Shown: positions 27,654 through 41,597, counted from the stretch's first letter. The stretch is 64,000 nucleotides of DNA from Eledone cirrhosa (GCA_964016885.1 OZ024757.1:33418001-33482000), one strand, 5' to 3'. The notes: generated by a model not told the origin, from the letters alone. Numbers and translations are program-made.

Positions 27654-27685
27654 ATTCGCCGGAAAACTAAATTTGTGGATATCCA
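27654..27685 (-). CDS. Candidate 32-nt exon (xDIHKFSFPAN)
   Basis: Long polypyrimidine tract then tgtcag, donor AAT|GTAAGA; phase 1 in, phase 0 out, compatible with the 27124 exon. Confidence 0.4.
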
Positions 27686-27854
27686 CTGACACTCGATTGG
27701 TAAAAGAAGGAACAAAACAAAAAAAAAAAAAATGATATGGACACATTTGTATATATAAGAGGAACAACATCCACGGAAATGATAACAATAAGTTTATTTA
27801 TTGATTAGAAACCTAATTTATTGATATATTTATATAAAAGAAAACACATACACA

Positions 27855-28101
27855 CATATCTATCTATCTATTCATCTATATATCTATCTTTATTTATCTA
27901 TCTGTCTGTCTATCTATTAATCAATTTATCTATCTATCTATCTATCAATATCAATTTATTTCTCTACCTATATATCTATCTTTATCTATCTATCTATCAA
28001 TCTATCAATATCAATTTATTTATCTACCTATATATCTATCTTTATCTATCTATCTATCAATCTATCAATATCAATTTATTTATCTACCTATATATCTATC
28101 T

Positions 28102-28177
<76 letters not shown>

Positions 28178-28385
28178 ATATCTATCTATATATATATATA
28201 TTTATTTATCTACCTATATATCTATCTTTATCTATCTAGCTATCAATCAATTTATTTATTTATGTATCTGTCTATCAATCTATCTATATATATATCAATT
28301 TATTTATCTACCTATATATCTATCTATCAGTTTATTTATTTATTCATCTACTTACCTACCTACTTTTCCTATCTATCTACACATA
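27855..28385. repeat. (TATC)n-rich tract with a 60-bp tandem unit
   Basis: Lines starting 27961, 28021 and 28081 repeat. Confidence 0.9.
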
Positions 28386-28698
28386 CATATAAACAAAATT
28401 AATTCTTCTTTCCTATCGGTTAAAGCTTAACCGTAGGGCAGATAATCCCTATATATATAGATAAAGCACACACACATATACATACTCATATATACATACA
28501 CACATATATAAATATATATACACACACACACACAGACATATATATATATATATAAACACATAAATTAATAAAACCTTTCCCCTAATCCATTCTTTTCCAC
28601 ACGAATTTTTGGTTTCTCAGACAACTTCAAGAAATTCCAACCTAACGACATCAACTGCAGATCAGCTCAAGTAATATATAAATACATATAATTATATA

Positions 28699-28757
<59 letters not shown>

Positions 28758-28916
28758 CACACACCTATATATACACACATTATATATACATTTATATACA
28801 CACAGGCGTATATATATACACATACACACACCTATATATTTATATACATATATACACAGACGTATATATACACACAGGCGTATATATATATATATACACA
28901 CACACCTATATAACTG

Positions 28917-28976
28917 ATGGCTATTCTCTATGGCAAGTGGTTTAATACTACACTGAGTATCAAATGGATGATAATG
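28917..28976 (+). CDS. NOX4: Probable first coding exon of the NOX4-like gene ([20 protein letters not shown])
   Basis: ATG..ATG|GTAAGT, 60 nt, phase 0; aligns by eye to the vertebrate NOX4 N-terminus MAVSWRSWLANEGVKHLCL and joins in frame to the 58138 exon. Confidence 0.6.
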
Positions 28977-29278
28977 GTAAGTTCTTTACTACTTTTCCTT
29001 TCTTGTAAAACTATGACGGAATTTTACCCTTGATATTGTTTTGTCTTTTATTTTCGACACACACACACACACATATATGTGTGTGTGGAATTTGGTAGAC
29101 AGAACTGAAGAAGCCGGCCGTATGTATGTATGTATGTATGTATGTATGTATGTATGTATGTATGTATGTATGTATGTATGTATGTATGTATGTATGTATG
29201 TATGTATACACACACATGTATATATATGTGTGTGTGTGTGACAAGCCTTTTTCATTTTCAAGCAAGACAATACGAGTT

Positions 29279-29310
<32 letters not shown>

Positions 29311-29974
29311 CATATATACATACGCATACACACACACATACATATGTATATGTGCATGAGCAGTTGTTTTAAAACTCGGTAATTCTATATGAGGAAACAT
29401 TATCTCGAGAAAGTCTTTAGAGAATGTGTCATAGGTAGTGTCTTTCATTATAGAAATATGGTAAGGGTAAGGTTTTTGAATGTATATTTACATTAAACCA
29501 CCCCATTGTAATTTTATGTAAGAACCTCTGTTCCAAAGCAAGTTAGTTATATTACACAAATTTCTTGATTATTTTCAAAAACAACTTGAACGTAAGAACG
29601 TTTGTTATATTCCAAACGGTAGCTAAACAAGAAAGTTAGTTATATTACTAAAGCTTCAAAATTCTTCATTATTAAAAAAATACATATATATTTGAAAACC
29701 ATAGGCAGTGTCTTTTACAACTATGGTAAGGAAACGGTTAGAGTTTATACAATCGTAATTCTATCGTCCTTTAATTTGAATCTGTAGAATCTTGTCGGTC
29801 TTTAAGTGAAAAGCCGGAAGAATTCTATCGTTCTTTAGAATGCTGTTTCTTCACACCCCTGCCGCCGTGTGACCCACACTTGCACGCGCGCACGTGTGAA
29901 TTTATATTTGTGTATGTGTGCATGTTGGTGTATATGTATGTGTGTGTGTGCATGTATATGTTGCATATGCGTAT

Positions 29975-30008
<34 letters not shown>

Positions 30009-30046
30009 GGGTGTGTGTGTGTGTGTGTATATATATATATGTATAT

Positions 30047-30090
<44 letters not shown>

Positions 30091-30112
30091 ATATATATAT
30101 ATATATATACAT

Positions 30113-30168
<56 letters not shown>

Positions 30169-30189
30169 ATATATATATGTATATATATA

Positions 30190-30328
30190 TATAAATCAGA
30201 ATGGATGCAGTAAAAACCAGTGAGACCATTACTGACCAGAGTACTCAATACTTGTGGTAGTAGAGTGAGTAATATGAAGGATTCGGGGGAAATGGCAGAA
30301 GCTCAGCCGCCAGGGACCTGAATTTTTC

Positions 30329-30330
<2 letters not shown>
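30190..30330 (-). mobile_element. Short (TA)n-embedded element of the GTATTGAGTAC group
   Basis: gagtactcaatacttgtggtagtagagtgagtaata closely matches 36925-36960. Confidence 0.6.
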
Positions 30331-30380
<50 letters not shown>

Positions 30381-30488
30381 GTGCATACATATATACACAC
30401 ACACAAATATATATATTTATATCCTCTACTACCTTCTAAGCGGGATACTAATAAGACTTTGTATTTTTGTATTTCTTGTCATTTTTTG

Positions 30489-30660
<172 letters not shown>

Positions 30661-30801
30661 AAATATATATATATATGTATGTATAAATATATATACTTAC
30701 ACACATAGTATTTTGATTAGATAAACACAGCAGTCATGTATGTAACAAGCGTTCCGGTCTTACTCATCAGTTATTACACAAACCTATGAACATTATACTT
30801 A

Positions 30802-30849
<48 letters not shown>

Positions 30850-30893
30850 AAGAGGAGGTGGGGGCTTTTCTGAATGTGTAGGTGGAGATGTAT

Positions 30894-30926
<33 letters not shown>

Positions 30927-30980
30927 AATATATATATATATGTAAATATATATATATATATATATATATGTAAATATATG

Positions 30981-31033
<53 letters not shown>

Positions 31034-31248
31034 GTGTATATAAATTTATATACACAGTATTCTGACTAAATGCTTAAGTAGACTCATTTAATGAGCTTTC
31101 TGTTCTTACTCATACATTACACACACCTACGAGCATTATACGTTTGTAACACACACAGATGCACGCACACCCACACCCAAGACACACACACACCACACAC
31201 ACATGCATACCCACCAACACACCCACACTCACAACCAAGACCCCCCTC

Positions 31249-31283
<35 letters not shown>

Positions 31284-31410
31284 GTATACAATGATAAGAA
31301 ACTCCCAGGAGAGTTGGACACCAGAAGGTCTTCAGAGAAGAACCCCCGCTGTCCTCCAAGCAAATGTTTCAGCCCTTATACATACATGCATACAAACATA
31401 CATACATATA

Positions 31411-31666
31411 TGATAACTGCCCCCTCGTTATCGAGTATGGCCATTGCACGATATACCACTATTAATAATTATTAATTAATTCTATCGTGCAATGCCTGTG
31501 AGTGAAGATATTTTTTAAAGTGAGGAAAGACTGTGCACTGAGCCAATCCCACTCTCTGAGCGACAGTAGCTATAACCCGAAAAGAAGAAAAGATCAACAT
31601 CATCAGTAACTACTGAGCTGCAGGTTTTATATCGGAGTTATCCCAATTTCTTGAGTTGCCTTCTCC
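31411..31666. mobile_element. Unclassified dispersed repeat in (CATA)n context (longer copy at 40337-40670) with a 12-bp hairpin
   Basis: Two copies in the window; cattgcacgata...tatcgtgcaatg stem. Confidence 0.7.
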
Positions 31667-32180
31667 AAGTTAACTGCCCAGTAGCTGCCAATATAATATT
31701 AAAGATTAGCGAAAAGGAGAATATCTATGCAGAACTCTTGAGAAATCTACAGATACTCCACCCTAACTATACCTTCAGATTTATGCCTGTGATTATTGGG
31801 GCACTGGGATATGTTAGTAAGTGCCTCAGTACAAATCTTGAGAAGCTGGGCTTCACAGAAAGAACACGACTAGTTAGAAAATTACAAGTACAATCCATTA
31901 ATGGAACAGTAAAAATATGTAAAACATTCCAAACATTCTGCATCTAATAACTGCATATACACTTATACAGATATAAAGCATATGCACAATCACACATATA
32001 ACTCAAAACATCCAGATCCACACATACAATAACATCCATATCTACACATGCATGCAGACATGCATACATATCTGCCTAGTCAATGTTGTTTAAATTCCAA
32101 TGAGAGAGTTTTGTGTCTATGTTAGAAACCGACTCTCTCTCTATTGGTAAAAGTTATAAAATTATAAAAGCAGAAGAACA
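31667..32180 (+). mobile_element. R4/Dong-like non-LTR retrotransposon 3' end (REL domain C-terminus plus 3' UTR) ending in (CATA)n
   Basis: CP...EKENIYAELLRNLQ..P.Y.F..MPVIIGALG..KLQ..GT.KI is the RLE C-terminal pattern; 3' UTR hairpin gagagagt/actctctc. Confidence 0.7.
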
Positions 32181-32583
32181 TACATACATACATACATACA
32201 TACATACATACATACATACATACATACGTACATACATACATACATACATACATACATACATACATACATACATACATACATAACTCATGCCTGAATTCCA
32301 ATAAAAGAGTCCTGTTTCTGTGTTAGAAGTTAAACAAACACCCCCGAACAAGCTACACATATATAAAAAAAAAAATTCCAAGTAATCAGTGCTAGTTGAT
32401 CAAGCAATCGACCGATTTAGGTGTAATCAGACATAAGCACTCCACAACGTGGGTAACTTAAGGTAATACCTATATGGTATCCGACTGAGTGCCAATATTA
32501 TAAATGTGTTTCAAAGCTGACTTGGAATCTGTGGGATTTGAACGCAGGGTTCAGAGAGCCGGAATGATTACGGCTAAGCAGCC

Positions 32584-33093
32584 TACGAAGGTCGATTGAA
32601 AAGTTCATAGGCTGACCAAGATACCCTCATGGAATGACCAAATGAGGCAAGGATGGCAAATAAAATACTATTTTCAACACTTTACACAATGCTTCAAACA
32701 AACTACAAGGGTTTCCAAGAGAAATTTTGCAAGGCGGTACACGACCTCTTTGGGGCCCGAAGCAGGCAAAGATTTTTCTCAGAACGGATGTTGCATGGTT
32801 GCTGTGGGGGATTCTTAGCTCTTGGGCCCCGGAACAAATTACCGGCTGGGTCCCCTTCTCATATTTTAATTCATTTTAATTTTTACATTCTATCTATGAG
32901 GGTTGGTTAAAAAATTCATAGACTGACAAAGATACTCTCATGGAATGATCAGATGAGGTTTATTTTTCAACATAGTCCCCCTAGAAAGAAATAATGCAGT
33001 TATTAATAAGAGTTGAAATTAGTGCATGCAAGATTTCACAGCTCTAGCATCACTCCTTCACAGTCAGTCTATGAACATTTCAGCCGACTCCGT
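32584..33093. mobile_element. Tc1/mariner-derived non-autonomous element(s)
   Basis: TA-CGAAGGTCGATTGAAAAGTTCATAG end, a second left end at ~32895, and inverted end ctatgaacatttcagccgactccg. Confidence 0.7.
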
Positions 33094-33559
33094 CCCAAAC
33101 AACTATGATTTCTAATTGTGGCACAAGGCCAGCAATTTTAGGTGGGGGCTGGAGTAAACCCGACCCTTGTACTTTTATCGATCCCCTAGGAGGATGAAAG
33201 GAAAGCTGACACAAAAGGAAAGCTGACCCTCGTCTCAAGTTATAAGATCCAGTCTGTTATGTCTACACTTAGCTGAACTTTTCTTTGCAAACTTTCATCT
33301 TCGACTGATACTTAGGCATGTAATGGCGCGTCTTTTGATTTTATCGATCGTATCGATCAAGTATAACTATTTTTTTTTTTTACAAATCTGTACATATTTT
33401 ATCAATATCTTCTTGTTGAATCGCTAAGTTGATGACCCAAGCGTAAACACACACATGCACACAAATACACACACATGTACACACACACACATATACACAC
33501 ACATATATATTACACACGCACACACCTGTAGTTTCGGTCTACCAAATTTAACTCACCAG

Positions 33560-33690
33560 GGGCCGCCTGCAGGTGCGAGCCCCGCGAGGTGGGTGGAGTG
33601 GCTGTTTCAGCGTGTCTCCCTCACTGTCATCCGGGTCAACTCATTCTCCATCCTGTCGGCCGGGACCCAGAGGTGGAGGGCAAGTTATTT
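33560..33690 (+). mobile_element. CRE-like REL 3' fragment
   Basis: EWLFQRVSLTVIRVNSFSILSAG. Confidence 0.6.
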
Positions 33691-34284
33691 GGAGGTGTAG
33701 GGTACTCGTTCGGGCGTCACCTCTACAACTAAAATATATTTACATATGAAGTAAACAAATATCCCCCCCCCCCCACTGTTACTATAAGTCTACTGCAACA
33801 GCAGTCATGCTTTCTTTATTGGACATAGAGACATACCACCACCACCACCACCACCATCATCGTTTAACGTCCATTTTCCATGCTTGCATGGGTTAGACGG
33901 GTCGTCCATGTCATGAGACAAGTCTGGCCAGATTGGCCGCGCCGTACCTTGCTCAGACAGAACTGTAAATTTGGTCGAGATTTTTACAGCTGGATGCCCT
34001 TCCTAACACCAACCACATTGCGTATATGAGAGCATATACAATATGTTTATATATAATTATCATATAAAAGTCCTACTATGGGTATTCCAAGCTGTAATCA
34101 AGTCAAAGCTACCTCTATAACTGTGTGAGAACAGCAAATACTATTTACTGAATTGTAGAGGAATACAATCTTACACCGCCAAATAGAATTCCTGTCTTTT
34201 AAACACTTTGAACTTCAGATATTCGAACTGCTCACAAAACACATGAAAACACATTAAAAAAAAAACATTCAATATTTAACATCT

Positions 34285-34327
34285 AATATTTGAGAAGATT
34301 GTTATACCAATCGAAACCGGGTATATT
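34285..34327 (+). ncRNA. Degenerate minimal hammerhead-like motif
   Basis: aata-t-TTGAGAA-GATTG-ttatac-CAATC-GAAA-ccggg-TA-tatt; core mutated. Confidence 0.4.
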
Positions 34328-34747
34328 TAATGCAACGATTATAAAATTATTCATTCTGTCGGATTAGGGGAAAACTCATCTTCAAATATACCTCTGTGTA
34401 TTTTCATCTTCCCTTTTTAACTATAACCTTTGTTTTGCATGGAACTGTACTCCACATTTTTCAACTATATATATACATACATATATATATATACATATAT
34501 ATATATAATTACAACAGTGACATAAAGAGGTACGCAAGTTTCATTGGGTTCTGTGCCCCAATTCGTTCAGCCTGTCATGAACTCGTCCTATGGACTGAGT
34601 GCTCTTACTCTTGGATATTTCCACTTAACTTTTACTTCAGTATATATATATATATATATATAATCAGTATAAATATATATAGTAATCTTGATGAAAATGG
34701 TTTTCTTGGTGTACAAAAAGGCATTGGCCAAGCGGGGTCATATAGAA

Positions 34748-35235
34748 CAATGGTTCCCAACCTTTTTTTTAGCTCATGGCCCACTTTGAACCCAAAATTT
34801 TTCTGTGGCCAATGAAATATTATAGTGTAAGAAATGACTTCCATTATATATAGAATATATCCAATAAAGATACAAATATGTCTATTTATTGAACACATAC
34901 AATTATAGCTGTAAGGAGCAACATTTTCACTGAAATGGTGTAATGTTCCCTCTACAGTCACAAAAAACGGTATTTTCAATGCCTGACTAATTAGAAGTTA
35001 TTCAAACACTAACTACTCAGTAAATTTTCATAATCTAAATATATTAAAATTATCTGCATACATTTAATTTAATCAATTTAAGGACTAGTCGTCAATAAAA
35101 GCTCTATGGACCATTCAATAAGCTGGGGTTCATATATTAGCCCGGTGGTCCAGTAAAAATTATAAAATTTCTGTGGCCCACCTGAAATTTGCCACGGCCT
35201 ATTTTAGCCATGTGGCTGTAGGTTGGGAAACACTG
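34748..35235. mobile_element. hAT (Charlie/MER5-like) MITE
   Basis: TIRs CAATGGTTCCCAACC / GGTTGGGAAACACTG; 8-bp TSD atatagaa/atttagaa (7/8). Confidence 0.85.
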
Positions 35236-35479
35236 ATTTAGAAGATGACACTTATCCAAAGTGCCGTGAAGCAAGACTGAACCCGGAACCTCTAAATATC
35301 ATCGACATCGCTGCTATTTCTAGCGTTCGAGTGGTCTGTGTAACGAGGATCCCTTCTTCGTTAGCTCTACCCCCCCCCCCCCCCCCCTCTTCCGCTCATC
35401 TCCTCCTTCTCCCCCACACCACCAAAATCTAGGTGGTTATTGCATGTATAAGACCTTTAAGATCTTACTTTTCCTACTC

Positions 35480-35945
35480 CTCACCACCACACTGTCTGTC
35501 TCCACCACAACCTCCACAACCACCACCAACACCACCAACACCACCAACACCATCAACATGACCACAACTACCACTGTAACTACAACCAACACAACCAACA
35601 CCACCACAACCACCACAACACCATCAACATGACCACAACTACCACTGTAACTACAAACACCACAACCAACACCACCACAACCACCATCAACACCATCAAC
35701 ATCTCCACAACTACCACTGTAACTGCAGCCAACACAACCAACACCACCACAACCACCACAACCACCAGCACCACCATCAGCCCACCACCACCACCACCAC
35801 CATCACCACTACCACTAGCAACATTGCCATAACCGCCCCTCACCATCACCACCCCTCACCATCATCCCCCACCCACCACCACCACCACCACCACCACTAC
35901 AACTACCACCACTACAACTACAACCCCTCCACCACAACCACTGTC
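35480..35945. repeat. (CAC/CAA)n low-complexity array
   Basis: Direct. Confidence 0.9.
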
Positions 35946-36191
35946 CTCTCCTTTACTCTCTCTTCTTCGTCCTCCTCCCCCACCTCCCATCATACAGACA
36001 TACAAACCCTTTCACCATGTAACAGGGTCAAGAAAGAAAATAGGTCTCGCCTGTCTGTCTGCCTGACTGTCTGGCCGCAGGTCTGTCTGTCTGTGATGGC
36101 ATTTTCACTCTCAAGAATCTCAGCTGTTTTCTAAGTCCACTGTATAATAACATACATACGTACGTACATACGTGCACTCACACAAACACAC

Positions 36192-36280
<89 letters not shown>

Positions 36281-36299
36281 CATATATATACATATATGT

Positions 36300-36529
36300 T
36301 TATCTGGGTTCAATCGAGGGGTAACCACAGTAAGTAAGGTACTCAATATATAGTACAGTATAAATATATAGTACAGTATAAATATATAGTACAGTATAAA
36401 TATTTAATATAGAAATGGCTTCTAGTGGACTAGAACTGTTTCATTCGGGAGAAATCATCAGGAAGCCCTTCCTGATGATTTCTCCCGAATGAAACAGTTT
36501 TAGTCCTGTAAAAGACATTTCTATATTAA

Positions 36530-36535
<6 letters not shown>
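36300..36535. mobile_element. Head-to-head pair of a short element with a hammerhead-like CTGATGA..GAAA core (single + copy at 45990-46112)
   Basis: ~65-bp-arm palindrome centred on ggaagcccttcc; right arm matches 45991-46055. Confidence 0.7.
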
Positions 36536-36609
<74 letters not shown>

Positions 36610-36739
36610 GTGAGGTTTTTTTTAACAAAATTAAAAATAACCGAGGTGTCCTACACGAGTGAAAGTATAAAGAAAAAAAGATGAAATCGAAAATGCAGCT
36701 GGAGTTTTATTAAAAAAAATATATATATATTTATTTGGT

Positions 36740-36779
36740 TCCTTTACCGGTTTCGCAGTTCTTCTGCTTTTCAAAAGTA
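36740..36779 (-). ncRNA. Degenerate minimal hammerhead (Penelope-like) followed by AATAAA
   Basis: Minus: tactt-TTGAAAA-GCAG-aagaa-CTGC-GAAA-ccgg-TA-aagga; palindromic ACCGGT in stem III. Confidence 0.5.
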
Positions 36780-36813
36780 GAGTTGAGATGGCGGGTCTGT
36801 GGTTTTTCTCACA

Positions 36814-36876
<63 letters not shown>

Positions 36877-36878
<2 letters not shown>

Positions 36879-37033
36879 CGAAGGAAATGTGGTAAGGAAC
36901 CAGGTGGACCATAACGCACCAAAGTACTCAATACTTAGGGTAGTAGAGTGGGTAATAGGAACGAGTAGGACCCCGACGACTGAGCTCAAGCCGTTTCGAC
37001 GGCTAATTCTGGACTGAGTCCAGAATTAGCCGT

Positions 37034-37034
<1 letters not shown>
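36877..37034 (-). mobile_element. (TA)n-embedded short element starting with a perfect 17-bp hairpin then GAAA (5'-truncated hammerhead-like); rearranged copy at 54746-54890
   Basis: gacggctaattctggac-tca-gtccagaattagccgtc-GAAA-cggc-TT-gagctc on -. Confidence 0.65.
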
Positions 37035-37115
<81 letters not shown>

Positions 37116-37149
37116 GAAGAATCAGTGATGCATCGGAACACAATTTATT

Positions 37150-37242
37150 ACGTATTACAATAGTTTCTCCGGCGAACAGCTCGAGGTCCGATCTGTTTGT
37201 GGATCGAACCTGACTCTGGATTCGCAAGTTCCTCAGATACGT
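37150..37242 (-). ncRNA. Type-I hammerhead ribozyme candidate with ~60-nt extended stem II
   Basis: Minus: ACGTAT-CTGAGGA-[hairpin with gcgaat/gttcgc and aggttcgatc/gatcggacct]-GAAA-C-tatt-G-TA-ATACGT then AATAAA; perfect 6-bp stem I and GUA triplet; base of stem II imperfect. Confidence 0.65.
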
Positions 37243-37267
37243 CTAGTGATTTCGAAGCAAATTCTCT

Positions 37268-37298
<31 letters not shown>

Positions 37299-37986
37299 AA
37301 TATATATGTATATATATACATATATATATACACAACCACACACATACGTACACAACGGAAATACGAAATCGTAATAAATCCTGTTTAAACTGACCACCCC
37401 GCCCCATCTCTCTCTACATCCTCAAAGACCACCTAACCATTACAATTCTCCACCCTTACAGAGCAGACTACCCGCAGCATCCCACTCATGACATATCTCC
37501 CCAACCCCACAGAGTGTTCCACCTCACCTCGCCAATGTCTTGCTCCCGCCCCCACTAACTACCCCATTCACCTCCATCCCGATAGACCACCCTATCCGCA
37601 AAGGTCACCTCCACTAGCCACCCCACCCTCATAGATCACTCGACCAGCACAAACCAGCCCCACTCTCCCAACCACCTTGGCAGACCAATCCACCCATCAC
37701 ATCTCTCCATCCGCACAGAAGCCCTATCCATAAGCCCTACAGACCCCCCCCCCACCTGTTGTATATATATTTCGGTATATAAGGGGAGCCGGATATCTGT
37801 GGGTATGAAGGGTGGAGTGTGGGGGAAGCTTAAGGGCAGCTTAATTTTATTTCACGTTGCTCCAGTTTACTCAGCTGTAGAAATGAGAAGATAGGGACTG
37901 GGGTCCCTATCATTAAATCACCTAAGACACCTCCAACAAGATATACCTCGGAGAAGGCCAGCTAAACCTGCATAGGTGTGAGCTGT

Positions 37987-38033
<47 letters not shown>

Positions 38034-38064
38034 ACCTAGTTAAATATGTATATATATATATATA

Positions 38065-38225
38065 TATATTCTATTCTAGGGCGAGTAAAATTCCCGAGAT
38101 CCATGGACGAGTTCTCTCCAGCGGTCTCTGTCCCTCATTATCGCTGCCATGTCCTGCGTGTCCAGCAGACCAGTGTCTGTCCCTAGGGCATCAACATACG
38201 TTAACCTTGGTCTTCCAGTGTCCAG
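38065..38225 (-). mobile_element. RTE/RTE-X LINE 3' fragment
   Basis: Minus translation GRPRLTYVDAL..DTGL....MAAIMRDRDRWRELV. Confidence 0.75.
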
Positions 38226-38584
38226 ACGATAAAATGCACACAATGTGTGTAACTATCTGTACATGTATGTGCGTGTACACATGTGTACATGTGTATACAG
38301 GTGAATGAGTATATATGTATGTGTGGTTTTAAATGTGCGTATATTATGTGTATGTATGTGTCTAAGTGTATGTTTGTATGCGTACAGGTGAGCTTAATTG
38401 CATGTGTGTGTATATATAATTGTGTGTATGGGTGTGTGTGAATGTGTGTGTATGTGTGTGTATGTATGTGTGTGTTTATGTGTGTGTTTGTGTATGTGTG
38501 TGTATGTGTGTGTACAGGTGGGAAAAGGTGTGAAAGTAAATGTCTATATGGTGTGTATATGTGTATGTGTATTTTTAAATGTGC

Positions 38585-38658
<74 letters not shown>

Positions 38659-38923
38659 CTAAGAGTGTGTGTATCTATGTGTGTGTGCGCAGGGGAGTAC
38701 AGGTGAATATATGTGTATATATGTGTGCATAAGTGCATATGTCTGTGTTTGTAACTCTGTGTGTATGTAACTTTGTGTATGTGTAAGTGTGTGTGTACAG
38801 GTGTATACAGGTGAGGGAATATATGTTTACGTGTGTGTATGTGTACGTAAGATGGTGTGTACGTGTACGTGTGCGTGTGTTTAAGTGTGTGTGTATGTAT
38901 GTATATATGAGTATGTATGTGTG

Positions 38924-38986
<63 letters not shown>

Positions 38987-39669
38987 GTATATATATATGT
39001 ATGTGTATATGTACGTATGTATGTATGTATGTAAATACATATGTATATGTATGTATGTATGTATGCATGTATCTTTGTATGTATGTATGTATGCATGTAT
39101 GTACGTATGTATGTGTGTGTATGTGTGTTTTTCCAATCAGCTGATATCTCACATGATGTTAATCAATGCAGGTGTTAACGCATTCCTCGTGACCCTTCCA
39201 TTCCTTCACCACGTGACCCTTCAATTCTTTCACCACGTGATATGCCATTTATGGTAATCGAATCAAGTAACAAACAAACAAACAAACAAACAAATATGAA
39301 AATATAAACACCCCTCCCTTACCACTCCATGAAAATCACCCTCGTCGCCATCATCGACATTACCATAACTACCATCATCATCAACAACACTAATATATAT
39401 ATATATAAACACACACACACACACATATATATACATATATAAATATGTATACTTATCTACATTTATATACATATATACATATAAATATAAATATATATAT
39501 ATATAACTGTATATATACATACATATATATATATATAAATATATTTAAACATACATAAATATATATACGTATCTATCTACATATATAAATATACATGTAC
39601 ATAGAAATATTCATAAACATGTACACCGATATGTACACCTACAGACATATACATACCTGCAGACACTCC

Positions 39670-40325
39670 ACCCTGACAATATCTTTAGATTTGTACCTGT
39701 GACAATTGAGCTTCTTGGATGCGTTACTAACTTCCTCAGCACAAATCTTGCGAACCTGGGCTCCACAGAACCAGAAAGAACGCGGCTAGTTAGGAAATTG
39801 CAAGTACAGTAAATTAATGGAACTGTAGAAATATGTAAAACATTTCAGAAGTTTAGCTTGTACTAACTGCGTATACACAGAAACATATGTACACATATAA
39901 CTCAAAACATACAGATCTGTACATGAAATAACATCCATACCTGCACATACATACATAATTACACACATACATACATATATACATACATACATGCATACAT
40001 ACATTCGTAGAAACAGAAAGAACACGACTAGTTAGGAAATTACAAGTACAATCCATTAATAGAACAGTAAAAATATGTAAAACATTCCAAAATTCTGCAT
40101 CTAATAACTGCATGTACACATGTACAGATACAAAGCATATGCACACATACAACTCAAAACATCCAGATCCACACATACAATAACATCCATACCTGCACAC
40201 GCATGCATGTAGACATACATACATATCTACCTAGTCGATGTTGTTTAAATTTCAATGAGAGAGTCTTGTGTTAGAAACCGACTCTCTCTATTGGTAAAAG
40301 TTATAAAATTATAAAACCAGAACAT
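39670..40325 (+). mobile_element. Two tandem R4/Dong-like 3' fragments
   Basis: Both match 31770-32170 (gaaagaac.cg.ctagttaggaaatt.caagtaca...); end in (CATA)n. Confidence 0.75.
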
Positions 40326-41155
40326 ACATACATACATGATGGCTACCCCCTCGTTATCGAGTATGGCCATTGCACGATATACCATTATTAATAGTTATTA
40401 ATTAATTCTATCGTGCAATGCCTGTGCGTGAAGATATTTTTTAAAGTGAGGTAATACTGTGTACTGAGCCAATCCCACTCTCTGAGCGACAGTAGCTATA
40501 ACCCGAAAAGAAGAAAAGATCAACATCATCGGTAACTACTGAGCCGCAGGCTTTATGTCGGAGTTATCCCAGTTTCCTGAGTTGCCTTCTCCTAGAAGAA
40601 TGCCCTGACAAAGGCTAGGGGTCCTTCACTCCCAGTGGTTTAACCGCGCGACTATTTCTATGTCCTCGCGCATATACATACACATGCGCACATACATATA
40701 CATATATACATATGTACTTGTGTATATACATATTTACACATTTTTGGATGGCCGTTGATTCTTATGAGTTCTTCCGCCCTTTGTCAGGTTTTATTTTTTG
40801 TCCTGCAGGGTGTCCAAAATCACCCTCCTCACCAAGTAAACTTGGTGGGTTTGCTGGTTTAGTCGCCGGCGACCCGACCATGAGACATACATACATAACT
40901 CATGCCTGAATTCCAATAAAGAGTCCTGTTTCTGTGTTAGAAATTAAACAAGCACCCCTGAACTCAGCTACACATATATAACAAATTATTCCAAGTAATC
41001 AGTGTTGGTTGATCAAGCAATCGACCGAATGTAGTGTAATCAGACGTAAGCACTCCACAAGGTATTACTTATATGGTATCAGACTGAGTGCCAATATAAA
41101 AAGGAAGAGCGATGGTATCATGATACATCTTTAGTTTATTACATCATCGTGTTAT

Positions 41156-41186
<31 letters not shown>

Positions 41187-41257
41187 ATATATATATACAT
41201 ACATACATACATACATATATACATATATATATAAGTGTGTGTGTGTGTATGTGTATG

Positions 41258-41383
41258 TAAAAGGTAAACAGAAATAACAAGACAATCGCTACAGTATATG
41301 GAAGGAATATATTAGGTTAACGCTTGAAATAACAGGAAGAGGGTCTTAACGTTTCGGACGCAAGTCCTTCATCATCAGAAGAA
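41258..41383 (-). ncRNA. Short element with minimal hammerhead (41343-41383) carrying a TGA duplication in the core
   Basis: Minus: ttctt-CTGATGA-tga-A-GGAC-ttgc-GTCC-GAAA-CG-TT-aagac then the common tail. Confidence 0.65.
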
Positions 41384-41544
41384 TGAGAAATTAGAAAGAT
41401 TGAAGCGACGGGTGGGGTTGAATTAGAAAAAATGTTTTTAGAGAAAAATAACCGGTCCATTAGGAATTTCGTCAATGCTTCTCAGATGTCCTACCACTCC
41501 ATGTATGTATGAATGTATGTATGTATGTATGTATGTATGTATGC

Positions 41545-41597
<53 letters not shown>

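Noticed and set aside
36012-36140. Additional - strand exons (also ~19870-19967 and 29770-29860)
   Set aside because: Weak or ambiguous splice sites and stops in most frames
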